A DNA stretch of 64,000 bases from an uncultured Granulicella sp. (GTDB lineage: Bacteria; Acidobacteriota; Terriglobia; Terriglobales; Acidobacteriaceae). Where the stretch lies: assembly GCA_963693065.1 (NCBI GenBank), contig OY843766.1, positions 1,098,212 through 1,162,211 on the forward strand, written 5' to 3'. This document shows positions 56,357-64,000 of this stretch, piece by piece. Below the pieces are notes generated by a model. It saw only the letters and a program-made list of their open reading frames with translations. It was not told the DNA's origin and did no database searches. Position 1 is the first letter of the stretch. Every line of letters starts with the position of its first letter. Both the position numbers and the translations under genes were made by a program.

Positions 56357-59089
56357 CTACTGCCGGCCTGCTTCCATCTCGCGAGACTTCTCCGCACCGG
56401 CCGCCGCTGCAATCGGCGCTCCATCGTCCTGGTGCTCAGGCTTACGCTGTTCCCGAGTCCCGCTTTGCTGCAGCAGCTTCGCCACCAGCGCGGTCCAGCC
56501 GGTCTGGTGGCTCGCGCCGACACCCGACCCATTGTCGCCATCAAAATACTCGTGAAACAGCAGCAGATCCCGCCAGTGCGGGTCGCGCGCCACCTGCGGC
56601 ATCGAGCCATGCACCGGCCGCGTGCCATCCTCCTGCTTCAGAAAAATAGAAGAAAGCCGCCGCGAGATCTCGCTCGCCACCTCACTCAGCGTCATCATCA
56701 CGCCGGAGCCGGTCGGGCACTCCACCTTGAAGTCCGAGCCATAGTAAAAATCAAACTTCTGCAGCGACTCCACCAGCAGAAAATTCATCGGAAACCAGAT
56801 CGGCCCCCGCCAGTTCGAATTCCCGCCGAAAAGATCCGTCTTCGATACCCCCGGCTCATACATCACCTCGTGCAGTGCACCCGCCACATCCAGCGTAAAA
56901 GGGTGCTCCAGATGCACACGAGAAAGCGCCCGCACGCCGTAGGGCGAAAAGAATTCCTCCTCGTCCAGCATCACCCGCAGAATCGCCCGCAGCTGCTTCT
57001 CATCCACAATCGACATCAGCCGGCGCTCCCCCACGCCCTGCGTCACCATGCAAGTTACATTGGCAATCAGGTCCGACCGATGTTCCACAAACCACTCCAG
57101 CCGCCGCTTGAAAGCAGGCATCCGCTTCAGCGCTTCCGGCTCGATCGTTTCCACCGCGAACAGCGGTACCAGCCCGACCATCGAACGCACCTTCATACGT
57201 TTCCGTTCGCCGTTCTCCGTATGCAGCACGTCGTAGAAAAAGCCGTCCTCCTCATCCCAAAGTCCAGTCCCCTCCTTGCCCAGGTGGTTCATCGCATTGG
57301 CGATATGCAAAAAATGCTCCCAGAACTTGCTTGCCACGTTCTCGTACACCGGGTTGTGCATCGCCAGCTTACTCGCTATCGCCAGCATATTCAGGCTGTA
57401 CGCCGCCATCCAGCTCGTCCCATCCGACTGCTCCATATGCCCGCCCGTCGGAAGCGGCGCACTCCGATCGAAGACGCCGATATTATCCAGCCCCAGAAAG
57501 CCGCCTTCGAAGACGTTCATCCCGTCCGTATCCTTGCGGTTCACCCACCACGTAAAGTTCAGCAGCAGCTTATGAAAAACGCCTTCCAGAAACGCCACAT
57601 CGGCCACATCGCGCCGGTGCTCTTCCATCCGGTAAACCCGCCACACCGCCCATGCATGAACGGGCGGGTTGGCGTCGCTGAACGCCCACTCATAAGCCGG
57701 TAATTGCCCGCTCGGGTGCATGTACCACTCGCGCAGCATCAGGGTTAGTTGCTCCTTGGCAAAGTCCGCGTCCACCAGCGCCATGGCAACGCAATGAAAC
57801 GAAAGATCCCACGCCGCAAACCATGGATACTCCCACGTATCCGGCATCGCGATCACGTCCGCGCAAGACAGATCGTTCCACCGGGCATTACGCCCCGTCA
57901 GCCGCTGCTCCGGCGGCGCCGGCTGCGCGGAGTCGCCCTGCAACCAATGACGCATCGTGTAGTGATAGAACTGTTTCGACCACAGCAGCCCCGCCAGCGC
58001 CTGCCGCATCACTCCCGCCGCATCCGCATTCAGCGCAGGCGGAATGATCGTCGCATAAAACTCATCCGCCTCCTGCTTGCGCAACCGGAAAACGTCCGCG
58101 AAGTCGGCTCCCAGCGTATCGCCTTCCCGCTCCGTGTTGCTCAGCCGCAGGCACGTCGTCGAACTCTCCCCAGGCCCAAGCTGCAAACGATAATGCGCCG
58201 CCACCTTGGTCCCCGTGCGCTCATCGTTCACCGCATCTTCACGCCCATCCACCACACAATCGTTGATCCCATCCTTCGCAAAACCCGCCGCGCCACCATA
58301 GAGCCGGCAGACATTCGTGTCGTTTTCAGTGAACAACAGCTCAGGCTCATCGCCGCAGCAGAGCCAATACGTTCCAATCGCCTCGTTCGCGGCTTCTACT
58401 CGTGCCGGGTGCCCACCACTCGTCTGCCGCAGCACCGGCCGCGGCTCCGCGTCCGTCCGCCAGCTCCACGTATTGCGATACCACAACGTCGGCAGCAGGT
58501 GCAGTTCCGCGGCCTCGGGCCCGCGGTTCGTACACGTGATCCGCACCAGCACATCCTCGATCCCGGCCTTGGCATATTCGATCGTCACATCGAAGTACCG
58601 GTCACCATCAAAGACGCCCGTATCCAGCAGCTCATACTCAGGTTCGTCCCGGCCCCGCCTCCGGTTCTCCTCCACCAGCTCCGCATAAGGAAACGCCGCC
58701 TGCGGATACTTATAGAGATACTTCATATAGGAGTGCGTCGGCGTGTTGTCCAGGTGGAAGTAATACTCCTTCACATCTTCCCCATGGTTGCCCTCCTTGC
58801 CGCTCAGGCCGAACATACGCTCCTTCAGAATCGGGTCGCGCCCATTCCAAAGTGACACCGCAAAACACAAATTCTGGTGCCGGTCGCAAATCCCCGCTAT
58901 CCCATCCTCATTCCACCGATACGCTCGCGACCGTGCCTCATCGTGCGGAAAATACTCCCACGCTTCACCATTCTCGCTATAGTCCTCCCGCACCGTGCCC
59001 CACGCCCGTTCGCTCAGGTACGGACCCCACCGTTTCCAGTGCTCCTTGCGCTCTCGCGATTGGTTCAGCCGTTCCACTTCCTTCACCAT
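56357..59089 (-). CDS. GH63-like glucosidase (MGH1-like glycoside hydrolase)
   Basis: 910 aa from the ATG at 59089. [21 protein letters not shown]...[19 protein letters not shown] and a C-terminal (alpha/alpha)6 region match my memory of bacterial GH63-type glucosidases. Confidence 0.7.
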   Translation of the reverse strand: MVKEVERLNQSRERKEHWKRWGPYLSERAWGTVREDYSENGEAWEYFPHDEARSRAYRWNEDGIAGICDRHQNLCFAVSLWNGRDPILKERMFGLSGKEGNHGEDVKEYYFHLDNTPTHSYMKYLYKYPQAAFPYAELVEENRRRGRDEPEYELLDTGVFDGDRYFDVTIEYAKAGIEDVLVRITCTNRGPEAAELHLLPTLWYRNTWSWRTDAEPRPVLRQTSGGHPARVEAANEAIGTYWLCCGDEPELLFTENDTNVCRLYGGAAGFAKDGINDCVVDGREDAVNDERTGTKVAAHYRLQLGPGESSTTCLRLSNTEREGDTLGADFADVFRLRKQEADEFYATIIPPALNADAAGVMRQALAGLLWSKQFYHYTMRHWLQGDSAQPAPPEQRLTGRNARWNDLSCADVIAMPDTWEYPWFAAWDLSFHCVAMALVDADFAKEQLTLMLREWYMHPSGQLPAYEWAFSDANPPVHAWAVWRVYRMEEHRRDVADVAFLEGVFHKLLLNFTWWVNRKDTDGMNVFEGGFLGLDNIGVFDRSAPLPTGGHMEQSDGTSWMAAYSLNMLAIASKLAMHNPVYENVASKFWEHFLHIANAMNHLGKEGTGLWDEEDGFFYDVLHTENGERKRMKVRSMVGLVPLFAVETIEPEALKRMPAFKRRLEWFVEHRSDLIANVTCMVTQGVGERRLMSIVDEKQLRAILRVMLDEEEFFSPYGVRALSRVHLEHPFTLDVAGALHEVMYEPGVSKTDLFGGNSNWRGPIWFPMNFLLVESLQKFDFYYGSDFKVECPTGSGVMMTLSEVASEISRRLSSIFLKQEDGTRPVHGSMPQVARDPHWRDLLLFHEYFDGDNGSGVGASHQTGWTALVAKLLQQSGTREQRKPEHQDDGAPIAAAAGAEKSREMEAGRQ

Positions 59090-59114
59090 CGCTGACCTCG
59101 TCCAGGGTACAGAC

Positions 59115-60590
59115 TCAAAATGAATCCGCCGAAACATCCCGTTCCTGCATCGTGTGTGCAAGCGCTTCCTCCAGCACACGCGTAAGCACCCGCACACCCT
59201 CCACCACCACCTCGAGCGGAGCCGCCGTATAACAAATCCGAAAATACGCCGACGCCTTCCTGCTCCGGTCCGGCTCGAATGCCACCCCCGGTGCCACGCT
59301 CAAACCATTGCCTTCGAACAATGAGAACAGGAGATCCGCATCCATCGGCACCAACAGCTTGCACCACAGGTAAAGCCCGCCCGCAGGCACACGGCAACGA
59401 ATCAAACCTTGTTCAACCGCCGGTCGCAATGCCTCCACCGCACCCGCACACAATCTGCCGTGATGCTCGCGCAAACGCACCAGGTGCCGGTCCATCTCGC
59501 CGCTTTCCAGCAGATCCGCAAGCGCGAACTGGTTCATCCCCCCGGTAAAAAGATTCGATCGCATCTTGATCAGCGAGAGCTGCTTGATCATGTACACCGG
59601 CGCCACAATCCAGCCGATACGAAGCCCCGGAGCCAGCATCTTCGAAAACGTGCTCATCGCCAGAACCTGCGAGTGCCGGTCCAGCTTATACAGGCATTCC
59701 GGCATCGGGTGCGACCCGAAAAACGTCCTGCCGTAAACGTCGTCCTCCACAATCGGCACCCGGTACCGTCGCGCCAGCTCCAGCAGACCGGTACGCGTCT
59801 TCAACGTCATCACCCGGCCGGTCGGATTGTGAAACGTCGGCATCGTGAACAGCAGCTTCGGCCTGTAACGTAAAAACAGCTCTTCCAGCTGGCTCAGCGA
59901 CCACCCCGTACCCCACGGCAGCAGCCGCGCCCCCACCGAACGGAAGCTCTGGATTGCCCCCGGGTAAGTCGGTGAATCGACCACCACATAATCACCAGGC
60001 TCGATCAGGCACCGCGAAGTCAGATCGATCGCCTCCTGCGCCCCCGCCACAATCATGACCTGCTGCGGGTCCACGTCGATCCACTTCGCAATCGCCTTCC
60101 GTAAAACCCACTGCCCTTCCGTATGCGAAACGCTCAACGCACTGGGCAGGCTATCGGCCAGAACCCGCCCCATGCTCGCGCGGTACGCTTCCGCCGGAAA
60201 CACCTCCAGCGAAGGCGTGCCCGCCGATAGCGGATACAGAATTTCGCTCCCGCCCAGTCGCCTCGCCAGCAGTTCCAGCACCGGCTCATCCAGCGAGTTG
60301 GCCATGCTGGAAACCTTCCCGCTCCAGGAGAAACTCTCCTCACCCGTAGGCAGCGCACACAGAAACGCGCCCTTCCCTTGCAGCCGCCGCATGCTTCCCT
60401 GCTGTTCCAGTTCACCGTAAGCCGCCGTCACCGTGTTGCGGCTTACCTTCAGTGCCTCTGCCAGTTCTCTTTCGCTGGGAAGCTTCTCCCCCGGCTGCCA
60501 GGCTCCCTTGCGCACCTCCTGCACAATGTACTCCACCACCCTCGCGACAAGGCTTTCGACAACGTCAGTGGTAGAGTTCTCAGCCATCAC
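59115..60590 (-). CDS. MocR-type regulator (GntR HTH fused to PLP-dependent aminotransferase fold)
   Basis: 491 aa. The N-terminal winged HTH ([28 protein letters not shown]) is followed by a class I/II aminotransferase-like domain. Confidence 0.8.
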   Translation of the reverse strand: MMAENSTTDVVESLVARVVEYIVQEVRKGAWQPGEKLPSERELAEALKVSRNTVTAAYGELEQQGSMRRLQGKGAFLCALPTGEESFSWSGKVSSMANSLDEPVLELLARRLGGSEILYPLSAGTPSLEVFPAEAYRASMGRVLADSLPSALSVSHTEGQWVLRKAIAKWIDVDPQQVMIVAGAQEAIDLTSRCLIEPGDYVVVDSPTYPGAIQSFRSVGARLLPWGTGWSLSQLEELFLRYRPKLLFTMPTFHNPTGRVMTLKTRTGLLELARRYRVPIVEDDVYGRTFFGSHPMPECLYKLDRHSQVLAMSTFSKMLAPGLRIGWIVAPVYMIKQLSLIKMRSNLFTGGMNQFALADLLESGEMDRHLVRLREHHGRLCAGAVEALRPAVEQGLIRCRVPAGGLYLWCKLLVPMDADLLFSLFEGNGLSVAPGVAFEPDRSRKASAYFRICYTAAPLEVVVEGVRVLTRVLEEALAHTMQERDVSADSF

Positions 60591-60729
60591 GTTCCTTCCT
60601 CAACCGATTCCCCATTGTCGTCTCTTCCGCCGGCACAAACCATGCCAGTTCACAACTGGCTGGCAAGTCACCCAGACAAAACGCCTGGTCGCATGGCTGC
60701 TGTCCAGCCGTAGTTTTGCATCCGAAAAT

Positions 60730-61234
60730 GGGTCCAGGCGCTAGCCCGGACGTTCTGACTAGGCGACGACGCGGAATTTAGGTAGTGTCTGAGGAATCGC
60801 TGGCACCGTTGTCCTTGCTTCTGAGATAGGTCCTGGCTTTAGCCCGGACATTCTGACTCGGGGACGAGGCGGGCTTTAGGTAGTGTCTGACGAAACGCAG
60901 GGGCCGTGTTCTTGCTTCTGAGATAGGTCCGGGCGTTAGCCCGGACATTCTGACTAGGCGACGAGGCGGGCTTTAGGTAGTGTCTAACGAATCGCTGGCG
61001 CCGTTGTCCTTGGTTCTGAGATAGGTCCGGGCTTTAGCCCGGACATTCTGGCTCGGCGACGAGGCGGGCTTTAGGTACTGTCTAACGAATCGCTGGGGCC
61101 GTTGTTCTTGCTTCTGAGATAGGTCCGGGCTTTAGCCCGGACATCCTAACTTACCGACTAGGCGGGCTTCAGCCACTGGGACTTGCTCTTTTTTCGGCTG
61201 CATCCGACTCCAAAGGATTCGTCAGACACTACCT
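60730..61234 (+). repeat. tandem array, repeat family R1 (97/98-bp unit, about 4-5 units plus terminal module)
   Basis: Unit anchors lie at 60817, 60914, 61012 (variant GGTTCTGAG) and 61110. Each unit has the hairpin GTCCGGGC-nTTA-GCCCGGAC. The array ends with the same terminal module as the array at 5655-6025, including GATTCGTCAGACACTACCT, the exact reverse complement of AGGTAGTGTCTGACGAATC composited from the units (AGGTAGTGTCTGACGAA occurs exactly at 60878-60894). Confidence 0.9.
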
Positions 61235-61410
61235 GGCCCCCGAGATTGGCTCTCTTTCGCGCCTATGCGAACTTCAAAGGATTCAAATATCACCTTGTTC
61301 GCAAACACGCTAGCTCCCCGCTCCACCGAAATAAAGTCACTCGACCCCAAGTCAAAGCACCTGGAATCACGAATTTACCTCAATTCGCCTGTAAAACCGC
61401 CCCTGATCGA

Positions 61411-61465
61411 CCCTAACCCCAATAGAATGAATATTTTACCCCAAACAAGGGGGGGGAGGGTACCC
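61411..61465 (+). repeat. repeat family R3 (copy D)
   Basis: CCCTAACCCCAATAGAATGAATATTTTACCCCAAACAAGGGGGGGGAGGGTACCC. It ends at the stop codon (61466-61468) of the minus-strand outer-membrane gene. Confidence 0.8.
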
Positions 61466-63256
61466 CTAGAACGAGAACGATAGCCCAGCCTGGATCGTCC
61501 GCGGAGCCTGCGCAAAATACAGAGTGTCCCCGTCCGCCGAAACGAATGGACGATATCCCTCTGCAAGCAGGTTCGTCACATCGATCGTCGCTGCCAAACC
61601 CTGCGGCAGCCGCCCCCCCCACTGAATCGGCTGGCGCAGCATACAGCTCAGGAAAGCCTGGTCGCTGAACGCACTGAAGGGATCCACCGCTGATACCAGT
61701 TTCGCCTGCTGCCATCGGTAAGAAGCCCGCACCTGCGTCTTCGACCCAATAATCTTGCCCTTCAAAGCCACCGTCGCCGCCTGCGCCCCCTTCGCTCGCA
61801 GACCCGCCAGCGAGTCCCCGAATGTAGCGGTAGCGCCAGTAGTAGAGCCTAACGCCGAGCCCACGCTGTACTCCGCCGCAACCCACAAGCCCGCCGTCAG
61901 CGGCGTACTCACCGTCACCCGCGCCCCACTCGTCCTGTATCCCGCAGCCAGAACCCGGAAGCTGCCCGTCGTGGGGTCCACCAGCATCCCACCCGGCGTA
62001 TTGCCAGACGTAGTCTCCCCCGGCCCCGAAGCCCCCCCACCCGCCACAGCCGTACGCACCAAAGCATCGTAATAATACACAGCCTCAAAACCACTTCGCC
62101 CCGCCGTCCGTGAGACTGCCGCTTCCTGATGCCACCCCTGCTCCAGCCGCAGCTTTCCATTCTCGACCAGTGCCACGGGCACTACACTGTTACCGGTCGT
62201 CACATCATCAAAACTCTGGATCGTCCGTTCGCTCGCCAGCCTGTAATGAAGACTCCATCCTCCACCCGCATGCGCCGTGAGGCGTACAAATGGGTGCCCC
62301 GCAAGTGCCACCTCAGACGTTTTCACGGCTTCCAGATTTCCTCCCAGCTCCAGCTCCACAACATCACCCAGGTTCTTCTGCTGCGCCGTCGTAAGGTAAA
62401 GTACCGTGAGCCCTGACGTAGCTCCTCCACCCGCAAGCTCCGGATGACTGTTATAGGTCACCACGGTCCGCGCCGCGCCGTCATAACCGAGTCGCCTTTC
62501 GTATCCCGCGTCCACTTCCTGCGAAGGTCCATAACTGGCAGGCACCCGAGTCGCTCCAACATCCACCCGCGCCATCATCTCCGCACCATCCTCAAGCAAA
62601 CGCTGCAGCGAGAGAATATTATGCACCCCACCCTCGCCAAACCCGCCATCCCCGCTCGAAACCGTCGCCCTCACCTTCGTAGTCGGCCCATGACCGCGCT
62701 CCACCCCCGCACTCGAAGAAACCTCGATGACCTGTCCATCCTCCACCATCCTCAGGATTGGACGATTCGCCGTGGAGCGCAGCGTCCACTTCCAGTCATC
62801 GTCCGCTTCATTCGCCTGCCGACGTTCCGCCGGCAGCCACGACGCCGTATCAAACAATGCAGAAAGTGTCAGGTTGACGACCGCCACAGATCGGGCGGAC
62901 AACTCAAGATTTCCCCTCGTGGCGGGCACAAACAAGGTCTGACTCGCTCTCACAACATATTTGCCAGAAGCGAGGTCCCCAATCCGATAGCGCCCCCGCT
63001 GATCCGTGAATGCGGTCCCCACTGTGATTGCGTGGTCGGTCAGCACCTGCACCAGCGCACCCATCTGCGCAACCCCTTGCCCATCCCTAACCACCCCAGA
63101 CACCGTAGCCCCAGAACCCCACGCCGCTGGGACGAGCAAAAGTACGACACCCAAAACAAGGAGGTGTCCGACAACCAAATTTTGCACTAACCTTTGATTT
63201 CGCTGCACAGTAATCCCCTGTGCGCCGATGGCCTGCCTTCGAAGTAGAACACTCAC
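61466..63256 (-). CDS. outer-membrane beta-barrel protein with N-terminal CarboxypepD_reg-like domain (TonB-dependent-receptor-like)
   Basis: 596 aa with a signal peptide (HLLVLGVVLLLVPAAWG) and a carboxypeptidase-regulatory-like domain (ATVSGVVRDGQGVAQMGALVQVL). The body is rich in beta-strands and ends in GLSFSF (C-terminal Phe). The start is uncertain: GTG at 63256 or 63208. Confidence 0.65.
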   Translation of the reverse strand: MSVLLRRQAIGAQGITVQRNQRLVQNLVVGHLLVLGVVLLLVPAAWGSGATVSGVVRDGQGVAQMGALVQVLTDHAITVGTAFTDQRGRYRIGDLASGKYVVRASQTLFVPATRGNLELSARSVAVVNLTLSALFDTASWLPAERRQANEADDDWKWTLRSTANRPILRMVEDGQVIEVSSSAGVERGHGPTTKVRATVSSGDGGFGEGGVHNILSLQRLLEDGAEMMARVDVGATRVPASYGPSQEVDAGYERRLGYDGAARTVVTYNSHPELAGGGATSGLTVLYLTTAQQKNLGDVVELELGGNLEAVKTSEVALAGHPFVRLTAHAGGGWSLHYRLASERTIQSFDDVTTGNSVVPVALVENGKLRLEQGWHQEAAVSRTAGRSGFEAVYYYDALVRTAVAGGGASGPGETTSGNTPGGMLVDPTTGSFRVLAAGYRTSGARVTVSTPLTAGLWVAAEYSVGSALGSTTGATATFGDSLAGLRAKGAQAATVALKGKIIGSKTQVRASYRWQQAKLVSAVDPFSAFSDQAFLSCMLRQPIQWGGRLPQGLAATIDVTNLLAEGYRPFVSADGDTLYFAQAPRTIQAGLSFSF

Positions 63257-63323
63257 CCGCAGCTACCTGTCGCCAATCAATCCGCGCAGAAACCCTGCAT
63301 TCTTTTGGCTAAGCGCTCGCATA

Positions 63324-64000
63324 CTAATCTACCGTGAACGGAGCCGACTCGGCGAACTGCTGCCGCTTGACCCCATCGTTTACCTTGATGCTCACTTGAT
63401 ACTTCCCAGGCTGAAGACTTGCAAGTGGCAGGCTCTTTTCGAGGGTGACTTGATCTGCGTTGGGATTCAACTTGTTCGTCTGCTCTGAGGTCTCCAGAAC
63501 AGCCTTGTTCGTCGCCAAATCCATCACTTGGTACTCGATGGTCGCGCTATTCTGCTTATTGTCGCCGATGCCAAGATTGTAAACCTGCATCCAGAAATTC
63601 AAGTTCTGAGCACGATGGAAAGTTATCGGCACCGCAATGCCGGTTGGAACGCGAGGCCGAATGCGAGTATTGCCAATCACAAAATTTCCAGCTCCAATGT
63701 CTTTAGAAGGCACCCGCTCCATCTGATCGGCGAGGATAAGCGATGAATGTGCAAGCAGGTCATCGTTATAGGCAGGGACATTCACACTCCGCCTCCATGT
63801 GCCGATGTGGTCTGGGTTGTTCACATCCTTGATGACGATATCAACTTTGTAAAGGCCTGGCCGCAACGGCAGCGCTTTCCAGTAAACAGACATTTTCTGC
63901 TGTTCCTGGGAGAGAAGTTCACTCGGCGACTCTACGGAGACAGTCTCCTCGAACGTCTGAATTGCGCGTCCAGCAACAGTAGAAACCCGTCCAAGGATAT
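63324..64000 (-). CDS. secreted beta-sandwich repeat protein, N-terminus beyond window end (resembles C-terminal modules of acidobacterial VWA/GWxTD-type proteins)
   Basis: The frame is open from 63324 to the window end; hand translation upstream of the track's Met at 63893 shows no stop. Two PG.Y.V.I.V.D modules are present (PGLYKVDIVIKDV, PGKYQVSIKVNDG). The family assignment is from memory and is weak. Confidence 0.45.
   Translation of the reverse strand, partial: ILGRVSTVAGRAIQTFEETVSVESPSELLSQEQQKMSVYWKALPLRPGLYKVDIVIKDVNNPDHIGTWRRSVNVPAYNDDLLAHSSLILADQMERVPSKDIGAGNFVIGNTRIRPRVPTGIAVPITFHRAQNLNFWMQVYNLGIGDNKQNSATIEYQVMDLATNKAVLETSEQTNKLNPNADQVTLEKSLPLASLQPGKYQVSIKVNDGVKRQQFAESAPFTVD

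Noticed and set aside
61183-61416. 77-aa ORF in the large gene-free gap after the R1 array.
   Set aside because: It begins inside the repeat terminal module. It has no RBS-like sequence or recognisable motif, and its composition is atypical. I treat the region as non-coding.

Overview
This is a 64-kb high-GC bacterial chromosomal segment. Sampled 60-nt stretches of core genes are about 63-72% GC by hand count. The gene content suggests an Acidobacteriota (Terriglobia-like) genome: hpnC-hpnD-hpnE plus hpnJ hopanoid genes, a DUF1800/DUF1501 pair, a CarboxypepD_reg-type outer-membrane barrel, a DUF507 pair and a futalosine-pathway gene. The taxon is inference only. I call about 57 protein-coding genes (2 truncated by window edges, 1 disrupted), 2 tRNAs (Glu-CUC, Lys-CUU), 2 hairpin terminators and 4 families of structured intergenic repeats. 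The coding content is mostly housekeeping: GH13 and GH63 glycosidases, two APC permeases, thiE, accB/accC, aminopeptidase P, a BLUF photoreceptor, msrA and recJ. It also includes an adaptor-TPR-TolC operon, hopanoid genes, mlaE/mlaF, ftsB, bioY, an imuA-imuB-dnaE2 cassette next to tRNA-Lys, zwf/gnd, and a cytochrome b / molybdoenzyme / peroxiredoxin operon. I saw no rRNA, CRISPR array, cas gene, transposase or integrase. I did not find a convincing new multi-gene protein system. The strongest unexplained signal is non-coding. Two related tandem arrays (61-bp and 97/98-bp units sharing a terminal module) and three further repeat/hairpin families are present; the array family and two of the other families have every copy in the same orientation, and several copies abut stop codons or split normally tight operons. 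Secondary leads are an ArnE/ArnF-like split DMT pair beside hpnJ, a pump-less adaptor-TPR-OMF operon, an imuA with a ~165-aa low-complexity insertion, and a degraded low-GC remnant at tRNA-Glu. All functional calls rest on my recognition of motifs in the translations; no database search was run. The ORF track accepts GTG/TTG starts and reports the longest ORFs, so I trimmed several N-termini to internal ATGs.
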